A DNA stretch of 32,000 nucleotides, taken from NCBI GenBank assembly GCA_964640155.1, contig CAZXEQ010000001.1:336403-368402 (forward strand), given 5' to 3'. Both the position numbers and the translations under genes were made by a program. Every line of letters begins with the position of its first letter. Position 1 is the stretch's first letter. This document shows positions 18,574-27,787 of this stretch, in pieces. The notes below the pieces were generated by a model, which was given only the letters and a program-made list of their open reading frames with translations, was not told the origin of the DNA and did no database searches. This stretch comes from an uncultured bacterium. GTDB lineage: Bacteria; Auribacterota; JACPWU01.

Positions 18574-20364
18574 CTACCCTTTCCTTCTCTTGCTTCTGTG
18601 AACACGCTCTTGATGAAGTTGAATCAACTCGGGGGCCACCTCACCTAAAAACTTCCATGCCTTTTTTTCGATTTCTTCTGCTGAACTTAACTGAAGAACA
18701 TTTTTAGCTAAACGCTGCGTATCTGGCAGATGAACAGAGCGAATCGTTTTCTTTAATTCAGGAATAGCGGCCGGACTTGTACTAAATTCGTCCAATCCCA
18801 TCCCTAAAAGAACTAGGGCCAAAGCAGGATCTCCTGCCATTTCACCGCACATACCAACCCAAAGACCTGCTTCATGAGCTGCTTTAATCACCGTTTGGAT
18901 CAGTCTTAAAACACCTGGATGCGCTGGTTGATAAAGATGCGCTATTTTTTCATTTACCCGATCCACTGCTAAAGAATATTGAATTAAGTCATTCGTCCCA
19001 ATACTAAAAAAGTCCACATGCTTGGCCAAGAGATCTGCCGTCATCGCAGCAGATGGAATTTCTATCATTGCGCCTACTTCCATGTCTGGATTAAAAGCTA
19101 TTCCCTCTTTACGCAATTCATCTTTAACGTCTGAAAGTACTTCATTGGCTCTGATGAGTTCATCCACTCCTGAAATCATGGGATACATGAGTTTAATATT
19201 TTTAAACGTACTTGCTCGTAAGATAGCTCGCAGTTGTACTTTAAAAATATCTAATCGTTCTAAGCAAAATCGAATCGCCCTCCATCCTAAAAAGGGATTC
19301 ATTTCTTTGGGAACTTCAAGATGAGATAAAAACTTATCCCCACCTAAATCCAACGTTCTAATAATCACATCGTGGGGCATGACCTTTTCAGCAACATCTC
19401 GATAGGCCTTATAATGTTCTTCTTCTGTGGGCAAATCCATCCGATTCATATAAAAAAATTCAGTGCGATAAAGCCCAACACCTTCGGCTCCGTGCGAAAT
19501 CACAGAATTAATATCCTCTGGCATTTCAATATTGGCGGCTAGGCAAACTCGGTGACCATCTAAAGTTTCTGCAGGTGAATCTTTTAAAACAGCTAATTTA
19601 TTTTCAAAAATAAGAACGCGTTCACGTTCCTGTCTATAAGTTTTTAATGTCTCTTTAGAAGGATTGACAATGATGACGCCACGATTACCGTCTAGAACAA
19701 TGGTTTCTCCAGCAGACAATTTAGAGCTAATATCATGTAAACCTACAACCGCTGGAATATCCAGGGACCTGGCCATAATTGCCGTATGACTGGTTCTACT
19801 GCCAACATCTGTAGCAAAACCAATCACGCGTTCCTTATGCATCAAAGCAGTATCGGAGGGAGAAAGATCATAGGCAATGACAATGACTTCTTCAGAAAGA
19901 TTGGCTAAATCTTCTCTTTTTTTTCCTGTCAGATTATGGACGACTCTACGTCCTACGTCTCGAATATCGCTAGAACGCTCTTTTAAATATTCATCATTAA
20001 TTTGTGAAAAAATTTCAGAATATTTCTGAATCACTTGCTGAAAAACATACTCTACATTCTTATGTTCTTTCTCCAGTCGCTTAATAACTTCTTCAATCAA
20101 AGCCCGATCTTCTAAAACCATTAAATGCGCATTAAAAATCTCGGCATGCTCGACTCCCAACTTTTCAGAAATTTGCTTTTGAATAGCCAAAATTTCTCGA
20201 CGAGTTTCAATCAAAGCCCCTTCAAAACGGGCTATTTCTTTTGGAAGCTCTTCACGCTTGACAGGACGAGCTAAAACAACTTCCTCTTGGCTATCAAAAA
20301 TAAAGACCTTGCCAATGGCAATGCCTGGAGAAACTGGAATACCGCGATAGCTTTTTTCTTTCAT
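18574..20364 (-). CDS. ptsI: Phosphoenolpyruvate-protein phosphotransferase (PTS Enzyme I)
   Basis: Full-length EI with GSRTSHTAIMARSL (phospho-His region) and a C-terminal PEP-utilising domain (GTNDLIQY, CGEMAGDP). Confidence 0.9.
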   Translation of the reverse strand: MKEKSYRGIPVSPGIAIGKVFIFDSQEEVVLARPVKREELPKEIARFEGALIETRREILAIQKQISEKLGVEHAEIFNAHLMVLEDRALIEEVIKRLEKEHKNVEYVFQQVIQKYSEIFSQINDEYLKERSSDIRDVGRRVVHNLTGKKREDLANLSEEVIVIAYDLSPSDTALMHKERVIGFATDVGSRTSHTAIMARSLDIPAVVGLHDISSKLSAGETIVLDGNRGVIIVNPSKETLKTYRQERERVLIFENKLAVLKDSPAETLDGHRVCLAANIEMPEDINSVISHGAEGVGLYRTEFFYMNRMDLPTEEEHYKAYRDVAEKVMPHDVIIRTLDLGGDKFLSHLEVPKEMNPFLGWRAIRFCLERLDIFKVQLRAILRASTFKNIKLMYPMISGVDELIRANEVLSDVKDELRKEGIAFNPDMEVGAMIEIPSAAMTADLLAKHVDFFSIGTNDLIQYSLAVDRVNEKIAHLYQPAHPGVLRLIQTVIKAAHEAGLWVGMCGEMAGDPALALVLLGMGLDEFSTSPAAIPELKKTIRSVHLPDTQRLAKNVLQLSSAEEIEKKAWKFLGEVAPELIQLHQERVHRSKRRKG

Positions 20365-20382
20365 TATTTCTTAATCCTATTT

Positions 20383-20652
20383 TTACGCTTCTCCAAACTT
20401 ACTCATGAATAATTCTTCTAAAGCCTTCACTGCTTCTTGAGCATCTACCCCTTTGGCGATAATTTTAATTTTCGATCCCTTGGAAGCTGCAAGCATCATG
20501 ACGCCCATAATGCTCTTGCCATTCACTTTTTCCCCATCTTTCTCAAGAAAAATTTCCGAGCGAAATTGATTGGCTACTTTTACCACCGAAGCTGCAGGCC
20601 TAGCATGAAGGCCAAGTTCATTCTGAACAGTGACATCCTTTGAAAAACTCAT
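20383..20652 (-). CDS. ptsH: Phosphocarrier protein HPr
   Basis: MSFSKDVTVQNELGLHARPA (His-15 region) and NGKSIMGVMML (Ser-46 region). The start is placed to give an HPr of about 89 aa. Longer in-frame starts at 20697 or 20679 are possible. Confidence 0.85.
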   Translation of the reverse strand: MSFSKDVTVQNELGLHARPAASVVKVANQFRSEIFLEKDGEKVNGKSIMGVMMLAASKGSKIKIIAKGVDAQEAVKALEELFMSKFGEA

Positions 20653-20729
20653 TTGAGCTACACTTTTTTCTTCCATCATCACTTCCTCTAATTCCATTAT
20701 TTTCTTCCCCCAAATTGCAAAGGAGAGTC

Positions 20730-21689
20730 TCAACTGGTTCTGACTTCTTTCAAAGACTTTGTCTTCATTCCCCGAATTAATTCCTCATTCAAATCCCGGC
20801 TCGCATGATGCCCCATTTTTCTCAATCGATGATTCAAAGCCGCCACCTCTACTAATAAAGCCAAATCTCGTCCAGGTCGAACAGGAATCAACACATAAGG
20901 GAGATTTACATCAAACAATTTAAAAAATTGATCGTCTAAACCTAATCGGTCATACTCTTTTTTTGCATCCCATTCTTCAAGATTCACAACCATTTCTATT
21001 TCTTTTTCCTGCATGACACAGCCTGCACCAAAAAGAGTTTGAACATTAATAATCCCCAAACCCCTTACTTCCAAGTGATGTTTCAGAAGTGGATCCCCTG
21101 TTCCAATCAACTGCCCACCTGCGGTATATCTGACTCGAACAACATCATCAGAAATCAATCGATGTCCACGCTCAATCAAACCTAAAGAACATTCACTTTT
21201 CCCAACACCACTCAGACCTCGGATGAGAACCCCAACGCCATAGACTTCAACAAGATCTGCGTTAATTGTTAAAGTTGCAGCAAAAACATCTTCTAAAAAG
21301 AGCGTGGCTTTATTCACCAACACCATGGTCACCAAAGGAGACCGAAAAAGAGGAATTTTTCGTTTTTCAGCTTCTTCAATCAACTCTTGAGGGGGAAGGA
21401 GACGCCGAGACACAATACAGCAAGGAATATTCTGTTCAAGAAGTTCTATAATTCTAGCACGGCGAAGCTCTGGACTCATCGTCCTTAAATAAATCAACTC
21501 CACCTTACCCAAAACCTGAATTCTGGATCTTGCAAAATAATCAAAATAGCCAGAAAGTGCCAACCCAGGACGATTGACTTCAGCTACTTTAATTTTACGT
21601 TTCAGCCCCTTTTCACCAGCAATGAGGCGTAGACGCAAAGTATCTTTGGTCTTGGTATAAAAATCTTGAACACTGAGCCCTTTTTCCAA
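20730..21689 (-). CDS. hprK: HPr kinase/phosphorylase
   Basis: 319 aa with the P-loop GLSGVGKSE followed by LIERGHRLISDDVV and LEVRGLGIINV, the HprK signature region. Confidence 0.9.
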   Translation of the reverse strand: MEKGLSVQDFYTKTKDTLRLRLIAGEKGLKRKIKVAEVNRPGLALSGYFDYFARSRIQVLGKVELIYLRTMSPELRRARIIELLEQNIPCCIVSRRLLPPQELIEEAEKRKIPLFRSPLVTMVLVNKATLFLEDVFAATLTINADLVEVYGVGVLIRGLSGVGKSECSLGLIERGHRLISDDVVRVRYTAGGQLIGTGDPLLKHHLEVRGLGIINVQTLFGAGCVMQEKEIEMVVNLEEWDAKKEYDRLGLDDQFFKLFDVNLPYVLIPVRPGRDLALLVEVAALNHRLRKMGHHASRDLNEELIRGMKTKSLKEVRTS

Positions 21690-21707
21690 TTATCCCCCAC
21701 ACATCTG

Positions 21708-22247
21708 TTATGGCTCAATCAAACCAAAATGCTCATCTTTCATTTTATAGACCACACTGACTCGATTTGTTTCAGCATTAAAAAAAACGAGAAAAGCATC
21801 GTCAGACAATTTTAACTGCATCATCGCCTCATTAGCATCCATGGGCTTAGGTGCAAATTTTCGAGTTCGAATCAATTGAGGTTTCTCTTCCTCATCCTCA
21901 TCTACAACTGGGCGAGACTCCTCAACCTGCTTTTCTAATGTAGAAAGCCGAACCCTTTTGCGATGTGCTTGTAACTTATCCTTATATTTTTTCAATTGCC
22001 GACTTAATTTATCCAAAACAAGATCGATGGATGCCATCAAGTCTTCGGACTTGTCCGCTGCACGAAGCCTTTGATGATTGACATGAACTACAACCTCAAC
22101 TTTATGGTTAAAGCGTTCTGAATCGATAATAACATGAACACTTGTTACCTTCGGAATATTCCGAATTGTTCTTTCTAATTTCTTTTCAACGTAAGATTTT
22201 GCCTTAGAATCCACATATTCATGACGACCTGTAAAAATAATCTCCAA
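21708..22247 (-). CDS. hpf: Ribosome hibernation promoting factor (long HPF, S30AE family)
   Basis: The N-terminal S30AE-like domain (MEIIFTGRHEYVDSKAKSYVEKKLER) plus a C-terminal dimerisation-type domain gives 179 aa. TTG start at 22247 with AGGAGG 9 nt upstream. Confidence 0.85.
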   Translation of the reverse strand: MEIIFTGRHEYVDSKAKSYVEKKLERTIRNIPKVTSVHVIIDSERFNHKVEVVVHVNHQRLRAADKSEDLMASIDLVLDKLSRQLKKYKDKLQAHRKRVRLSTLEKQVEESRPVVDEDEEEKPQLIRTRKFAPKPMDANEAMMQLKLSDDAFLVFFNAETNRVSVVYKMKDEHFGLIEP

Positions 22248-22399
22248 GGGGAAACCCCTCCTTTCAAAATAAAAAAGAAATGGACTTCTCTATTGTAGGC
22301 CAATCATCAACAACTGTTTACAGAAAAATGACCTATTTATAACATCTTCAAAGAGAACAAGTTAAGAAGGTTTCATTCTTCAGAACTTCGCAGTGATTT

Positions 22400-22436
22400 T
22401 ATAGGAAAAGAAGCGGGCCGTCAACAAAGAACGGCG
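22400..22436 (-). terminator. Weak candidate intrinsic terminator after the membrane-protein gene
   Basis: Minus strand reads GCCGU-ucuuuguug-ACGGC (5-bp GC stem, 22435-22417) followed by ccgcuucuuuuccua, 16 nt past the stop at 22452. The stem is short, so support is low. Confidence 0.25.
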
Positions 22437-22451
22437 CAAAGGGCTATTCTT

Positions 22452-23564
22452 CTATTTTGCTCTAAAATGATTTTTCATCTTAAACAATTTTTTTCTCACC
22501 AAAATGCTTAAAATAGAAAGACTGGATCCAAAAATCAGCCAAAAAAGAGAACGAGGAAGCCACTCCGAAAAAACTTCAAAAAATCTTGTATATAAATCAA
22601 TCACTAAAAAGACAACTCCAAAATTAAAAAACAATCTTCTTTCCTGCCTTATTCCTAACCACATAAAAAAAATACATATCCCAGTCATCAAAACAATAAA
22701 CCAAATAGGACTGATGTCGGGCCCTTTACTCCAAACCCACTCATGATCAAAGTTATAGCCCCAAATGGATAGAATCAATAGTGCATTAAACAGAGTTATA
22801 CATCCCACAACTTCAAAGGGTTGCTTTAAATAGGCCTTCCCATACCTGCCCACCCAATGCCCTATACAAATGAATAACCCTCCAATGGGTAAAAAGAGGA
22901 GAGGATCTTTCATATAGAGCCAATAACAACCCATTCCATAACCTGTTGCGCCTCCTAACCAATTTAAAAGTCCAAATAAACCTACATACATGAGGGTTTT
23001 AAAACTTTTTTGATAGCTGACACACAAAGTTATAAATGAAAACACGCATAGCGAAGAGCGAACCATATCCTGATGGAACAACCAAACAGGAATTGAAAAA
23101 ATAGTGTAGGCTAAGATAATTAAAGAAAGAATCAATAAACCTTTGGCATTTACTTCTTTCTTTTGTCTATACATTAGGGAAAAAGAAGCCACCGTTAATA
23201 AACTCATGAATATTGACTTTACCCATCCAGGGGAATTCAAAAGAAGGTAAAATATTTTTCTGATAAATCCGAAGTTAAAATATTTCCAAATTTGATAATC
23301 TGAAACAAAAAAACTTATTCCTGTCACCACTGCTACAATTCCAAACCATTCCAAATTCTTCTTCCAACGTTTCAGTTTAATTTCTTGCTGCTTTAACTCA
23401 ATCAACTCTTCAATGCGATTAACCTGGCTTGCGTAATATTTCTTAATTTCTTGAACATCTTGCATACGCAAAGAAATATTTTCAAAGTCGCTCACCATAA
23501 ATTGATACTGGATCAACTTTTTCTTTAATTCTTTAAGCTTTAGGTTTTGAAATTCTATGTTCAT
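22452..23564 (-). CDS. Polytopic membrane protein with an N-terminal coiled-coil, function unknown
   Basis: About 75 aa of heptad-like charged sequence (QNLKLKELKKKLIQYQ...IEELIELKQQEIKLKRWKK), then roughly 9-10 hydrophobic segments. The ORF track starts at GTG 23582. I prefer ATG 23564, which has GGAGGA 10 nt upstream. Confidence 0.7.
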   Translation of the reverse strand: MNIEFQNLKLKELKKKLIQYQFMVSDFENISLRMQDVQEIKKYYASQVNRIEELIELKQQEIKLKRWKKNLEWFGIVAVVTGISFFVSDYQIWKYFNFGFIRKIFYLLLNSPGWVKSIFMSLLTVASFSLMYRQKKEVNAKGLLILSLIILAYTIFSIPVWLFHQDMVRSSLCVFSFITLCVSYQKSFKTLMYVGLFGLLNWLGGATGYGMGCYWLYMKDPLLFLPIGGLFICIGHWVGRYGKAYLKQPFEVVGCITLFNALLILSIWGYNFDHEWVWSKGPDISPIWFIVLMTGICIFFMWLGIRQERRLFFNFGVVFLVIDLYTRFFEVFSEWLPRSLFWLIFGSSLSILSILVRKKLFKMKNHFRAK

Positions 23565-23627
23565 AAGGATTGTATCCTCCACATCAAAATATTTAGACTC
23601 TCATAGCAGAGTTTAGAATAAATTTAT

Positions 23628-24350
23628 TTACATCGAAAATTTTTCGCCCAGATAAAGCTGACGAGCTTCGGGGTCATTGGCAAGAAATTCAGAGGTTCCG
23701 GACTTCAAAACTTTTCCTTCATAAATTAAATAAGTTCTGTCTGTTACTGTCAAAGTTTCACGCACATTGTGATCAGTAAGAAGAATCCCTAATCCTTTTT
23801 CCCTAAGGCTCTTTAGAATCTCTTGAACATCTAAAACAGCAATAGGATCTACTCCTGAAAAAGGTTCGTCCAACATCAAAAAGGAAGGCCGTGTCACCAA
23901 AGCACGGGTGATTTCAAGACGACGTCTTTCTCCACCTGAAAGGGTGTAAGCTTTATGAGTTGCTAGATTGGTAAGCTGCAGTTCTTTTAAAAGCTCTTCC
24001 AATCTTTTATCTCTCTCTGCTCGGCTTAACGAAAGCATTTCAAGAACAGCTAAAATATTTTCCTCGACAGTCAATTTTCTAAAAATGGAAGGTTCCTGAG
24101 CCAAATATCCCATGCCCAATCTTGCTCGAGTCGCCATAGGAATAGAAGTTACATCCTGCCCCTTAAAAAAAACTTTCCCAGAATCTGCTTTAACAAGACC
24201 CACAATCATATAAAAAGAAGTGGTTTTACCTGCCCCATTGGGACCTAATAACCCCACAATCTCTCCTTCTTGAACGTGTATGCCTACTTCATTCACCACA
24301 CGTCTACGATGATAAGATTTTACTAAGTTTTCTGTGCGTAATAATTGCAT
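23628..24350 (-). CDS. lptB: LPS export ABC transporter ATP-binding protein LptB
   Basis: Walker A GPNGAGKTT, signature LSGGERRRLEI, Walker B FLMLDEPF, 240 aa, directly downstream of lptC-lptA. Confidence 0.9.
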   Translation of the reverse strand: MQLLRTENLVKSYHRRRVVNEVGIHVQEGEIVGLLGPNGAGKTTSFYMIVGLVKADSGKVFFKGQDVTSIPMATRARLGMGYLAQEPSIFRKLTVEENILAVLEMLSLSRAERDKRLEELLKELQLTNLATHKAYTLSGGERRRLEITRALVTRPSFLMLDEPFSGVDPIAVLDVQEILKSLREKGLGILLTDHNVRETLTVTDRTYLIYEGKVLKSGTSEFLANDPEARQLYLGEKFSM

Positions 24351-24364
24351 TTAAATACCGTATT

Positions 24365-24868
24365 TTAAAGCCATTCCTTGTTTAAATCATTCTGACCCGA
24401 AGAATAAATCATTAATTTTGCACTAGGCTCAATCAACATTCGATTGTCATCTCTAAAAAAAGTAATCTTTTCCCCAGCCAAAACATCCCGATCTCTTTTG
24501 ACCATAGGTTGACCTGTCAAAACAATCTTACCATCTTTGACGGTGTAAACCGCTTGATTCGATTTTGCAGTTTTATCTTCTTTCCTAAATCGGACATTTC
24601 CTGTCGCCACTACTTTTTCAATATTTTTTTCTTTAGGCTCAAAATAAACAGTCATCAAATCAGCATTCATTTTCATGCGAGGATCTTCCACCGTCACATC
24701 ATTATGAAAGACAGCAACGTTCTTTTCATAATCCATGTCTAATTTTCCTTTGCATGTAATTTCAGTCTGAGGATTTACTTTATTTTCTTTAGGTAAAGAA
24801 GCTGCTGTAGCAAAAACCTGAAAAAGTAAAATCAGCAAACACCCTGTTCCATATGTGAATAATTTCAT
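24365..24868 (-). CDS. lptA: LptA-like periplasmic LPS transport protein (OstA N-terminal fold)
   Basis: Signal peptide MKLFTYGTGCLLILLFQVFATAAS and a beta-rich OstA-like body. ATG 24868 overlaps the lptC TGA as ATGA. Position between lptC and lptB. Confidence 0.7.
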   Translation of the reverse strand: MKLFTYGTGCLLILLFQVFATAASLPKENKVNPQTEITCKGKLDMDYEKNVAVFHNDVTVEDPRMKMNADLMTVYFEPKEKNIEKVVATGNVRFRKEDKTAKSNQAVYTVKDGKIVLTGQPMVKRDRDVLAGEKITFFRDDNRMLIEPSAKLMIYSSGQNDLNKEWL

Positions 24869-25323
24869 TTTGCCCCTACCATTTGCCACTGTTTTGATTC
24901 GTCCATACTCAAAGACATCTTCACATCACTTAAAATAGAAACCTGTTTTTGCTCTGTTTTCCAACGCAACCCTTTTCCTGTAATCTTTGAACTTCCACGA
25001 ATAATCTCAACTCTTCCTTCTGTCCAGACATCTTTGGTGAGTTTATTCATCCTGGCCCATTCAGCCTTAATAAAATATTCTGGCTTAGAACCATTGTAAA
25101 CAACCGCCCGTGCAGGAGTAATCTCTATAATTTTTTTGGAAATAAATTTGGCCTTATCACCTTCAACCTTCCATCTCTTTTGATCTGATAAACCCGGCGA
25201 AACAAATCGAAAGCCTCCTGTAATTTCATCTCTGATTGTTTTTGCATATAAAAAAGATGTGAAAGGGAATAAGAAAATTCCATCCAAAACTAAACAAACA
25301 ATAACCCAGCGTCCTATACTCAT
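24865..25323 (-). CDS. lptC: LptC-like inner-membrane-anchored LPS transport protein
   Basis: Single N-terminal TM (WVIVCLVLDGIFLFPFTSFLY), a small beta-rich periplasmic domain, and the conserved kdsC-lptC-lptA-lptB order. Confidence 0.65.
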   Translation of the reverse strand: MSIGRWVIVCLVLDGIFLFPFTSFLYAKTIRDEITGGFRFVSPGLSDQKRWKVEGDKAKFISKKIIEITPARAVVYNGSKPEYFIKAEWARMNKLTKDVWTEGRVEIIRGSSKITGKGLRWKTEQKQVSILSDVKMSLSMDESKQWQMVGAK

Positions 25324-25335
25324 AAAATCTATTCC

Positions 25336-25875
25336 TTACGCTTTCGCGTAATCTTCGACCAATTTATGCCAACTGCCTTGAGCCTTCATAACCATCTCAA
25401 TCACCTCACGCACCGCACCTCGACCTCCTAAGTGCTGGGTCACATAAGAAGATATTTTTTTAACTTCAGGCGCAGCATTTTGAACAGCAATCGCTAGCCC
25501 CGCCCTTTTCAAAGCGGGGATATCCACCAAATCATCCCCGATATAACAAACTTCCCGAGAATGAAGTTTAAAATCTTTTAAAATATTCTCGAAAGACTCT
25601 GCTTTGTTCATTTTTTTCTGATAGAGGGCATCTATTCCTAATTCTTTTGCCCTTGAAGCTAATGCCTTCGAGCCCCGAGCACTGATCCATGCAATTTTAA
25701 GACCCATACGTTTTGCAGAGGTAATAGCCAATCCATCCGCAGAATAAAAAGCTTTTATCTCTTCACCTTTTTGATCCAAGAAAATGGTTCCATCGGTTAA
25801 AACACCATCCACGTCCATGACAATGGCTTTAATAGACTGTAAAGTGGATGATATTTTTTTGGAAGATTGTTTCAT
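25336..25875 (-). CDS. kdsC: 3-deoxy-D-manno-octulosonate 8-phosphate phosphatase (HAD-IIIA)
   Basis: IVMDVDGVLTDG (HAD motif I), GDDLVDIP, 179 aa, located next to kdsD. Confidence 0.85.
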   Translation of the reverse strand: MKQSSKKISSTLQSIKAIVMDVDGVLTDGTIFLDQKGEEIKAFYSADGLAITSAKRMGLKIAWISARGSKALASRAKELGIDALYQKKMNKAESFENILKDFKLHSREVCYIGDDLVDIPALKRAGLAIAVQNAAPEVKKISSYVTQHLGGRGAVREVIEMVMKAQGSWHKLVEDYAKA

Positions 25876-25879
25876 AGTC

Positions 25880-25922
25880 AGAGTTAAGGGTTAAGGGCTA
25901 TTAACTCTTAGCCCATAGCCCT
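25880..25922. other. Intercistronic hairpin element built from duplicated heptamers (kdsD-kdsC spacer)
   Basis: AGAGTTAA (25880-25887) pairs with TTAACTCT (25901-25908). The element contains GTTAAGG GTTAAGG (25883-25896) and TAGCCCA TAGCCCT (25909-25922). GGGCTA (25895-25900) can alternatively pair with either TAGCCC copy. Confidence 0.5.
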
Positions 25923-25926
25923 GTTT

Positions 25927-26910
25927 TTAAAATATCCCATTATGAATTAAATCTTGAACATCTAAGAGACCCACAGGACACCCTTTTTCATCAACAACAG
26001 GAAGTTCGTCGATAGAAAGCTCTTTCATCAAGCGAAGGGCTTCAACAGCCATTTTTCCTTTTTCAATATTTCTAGGATGCCGTGTCATAAGTTCTTGAAT
26101 CGACTTTTGTAAAACATCCGGATCTTCTTCCAAATGCCTTCTTAAATCTCCATCTGTAAAAATCCCAATCAAAACTCCACTTTCATCGACGACAGTTGCA
26201 GCCCCAGCTTTTGCCGAAGTCACACGAATCAAAACTTCTTTCACGCGCATATTCATATCCACAATAGGATTAGCATCTCCCGTTCGCATAATATCTTCAA
26301 CACGCAAAGTCAACTTTTTACCCAAGCTTCCTCCCGGATGATAAAGCGCATATTCTTCTGCTTTAATTCCTTTTTTCTCTAGCAAAGCCATTGCCAATGC
26401 ATCTCCCATTGCTAAAGTCACGGTCGTACTGGCAGTAGGTGCTAACCCTAAAGGACAAGCCTCTTTTTGAATGCTGATATCCAAAACAATATCTGCATTT
26501 TTAGCCAAGGTCGACTGAAGATTTCCTGTCATTCCAATCACCTTCGCACCTAAACGCTTTAAGAAAGGTAAAAGATTTTTGATTTCATCAGTTTCTCCAC
26601 TATTAGAAATAATAATAATGACATCTTTCTCTAAAACAGTTCCTAAATCTCCATGACTGGCCTCTGCGGGATGAATAAATTGAGAAGCTGTTCCTGTACT
26701 ATTAAAGGTTGCTGATATTTTTCGAGCGATAATGCCAGGCTTGCCCATGCCTGTAACAATGATTTTCCCTTCACATTGATAAAGAAGTTCAATCGCTTTT
26801 TCAAATTGACTCCCGATACGATCAAGCAAAGCTAAAATGGCATCCGCTTCTGTTTTAATGACACGTCGTCCTGCTTCAATGGTGCTTGAAATCTTTTCTT
26901 GTATTTTCAT
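25927..26910 (-). CDS. kdsD: Arabinose-5-phosphate isomerase (SIS plus tandem CBS domains)
   Basis: SIS motif IIVTGMGKPGIIARKISATFNSTG followed by two CBS-like repeats at the C-terminus, 327 aa. Confidence 0.9.
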   Translation of the reverse strand: MKIQEKISSTIEAGRRVIKTEADAILALLDRIGSQFEKAIELLYQCEGKIIVTGMGKPGIIARKISATFNSTGTASQFIHPAEASHGDLGTVLEKDVIIIISNSGETDEIKNLLPFLKRLGAKVIGMTGNLQSTLAKNADIVLDISIQKEACPLGLAPTASTTVTLAMGDALAMALLEKKGIKAEEYALYHPGGSLGKKLTLRVEDIMRTGDANPIVDMNMRVKEVLIRVTSAKAGAATVVDESGVLIGIFTDGDLRRHLEEDPDVLQKSIQELMTRHPRNIEKGKMAVEALRLMKELSIDELPVVDEKGCPVGLLDVQDLIHNGIF

Positions 26911-26912
26911 TT

Positions 26913-27785
26913 TTACTTTACTCCCAATTTTCTTACGACTTGATCTAATGCTACAACTTCATTCAATAGTTCTGGTAATTCTGCAAGAGGCACCATATTC
27001 GGACCATCACTGGGCGCATGATCTGGATCTTGATGTACTTCCATAAAAATCCCATCGCATCCTGCTGCGACTGCAGCTCTGGCCAAAGGTCTTACAAATT
27101 GGCGTTGACCTCCTGATCGATGGCCTTCTCCGCCTGGCAATTGAACACTATGTGTTGCATCAAAAATGACAGGAAAGCCGAAAGAGCGCATAATCGGTAA
27201 GCTTCTCATATCACTTACCAAATTATTGTATCCAAATGAAACCCCTCTTTCTGTAATCAAAATATTTTTGGATCCTGCCTCTTGGACTTTTTTAATAATG
27301 CCTTGTACATCCCAGGGAGCCAAAAACTGTCCTTTCTTGACATTAATCACTTTTGCTTTTTTTGCAACAGAAACAATCAAATCTGTTTGTCGACAAAGAA
27401 AAGCTGGGATTTGAACAATATCTGCAACTTCACATACCGCGTCCACTTCCTCAAGATTATGAACATCTGTCAAAATAGGAACATTCAATTCTTTTTTTAT
27501 TTTCGCAAGAATTTTTAACCCTTCTTTAAGCCCAGGACCTCTGAACGAATCAATGGATGTTCGATTAGCCTTGTCATAAGAGGATTTAAAAACAAAAGGT
27601 AGAGATCTCTTCTCAAAAATTTCTTTAAGTCGAGTCGCCATCATGAGGCAATGCGTTTCATTTTCAATCGCACAGGGACCCGCAATGAAAACAAGCGAAT
27701 CACCAGACCCAGCAACAACCGTTTTGGAAATCTTAACTTCTTTCATTTTAATCCAATCAAAATGAGGGTTAAAAGTTGAGTTCAA
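26913..27785 (-). CDS. kdsA: 2-dehydro-3-deoxyphosphooctonate aldolase (KDO-8-P synthase)
   Basis: LVFIAGPCAIE, FKSSYDKANR(TS), DATHSVQLPGG are KdsA motifs. Alternative start at ATG 27746. Confidence 0.9.
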   Translation of the reverse strand: MNSTFNPHFDWIKMKEVKISKTVVAGSGDSLVFIAGPCAIENETHCLMMATRLKEIFEKRSLPFVFKSSYDKANRTSIDSFRGPGLKEGLKILAKIKKELNVPILTDVHNLEEVDAVCEVADIVQIPAFLCRQTDLIVSVAKKAKVINVKKGQFLAPWDVQGIIKKVQEAGSKNILITERGVSFGYNNLVSDMRSLPIMRSFGFPVIFDATHSVQLPGGEGHRSGGQRQFVRPLARAAVAAGCDGIFMEVHQDPDHAPSDGPNMVPLAELPELLNEVVALDQVVRKLGVK

Positions 27786-27787
27786 AT

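Noticed and set aside
18570-18605. N-terminal extension of the nucleotidyltransferase ORF. The same applies to the ptsH ORF (20653-20733) and lptA ORF (24869-24889)
   Set aside because: The extensions overlap upstream genes and precede conserved family N-termini (MKAIILAAG, an HPr with the phospho-His at residue 16, equivalent to canonical His-15, and an LptA signal peptide). Shorter starts fit better.
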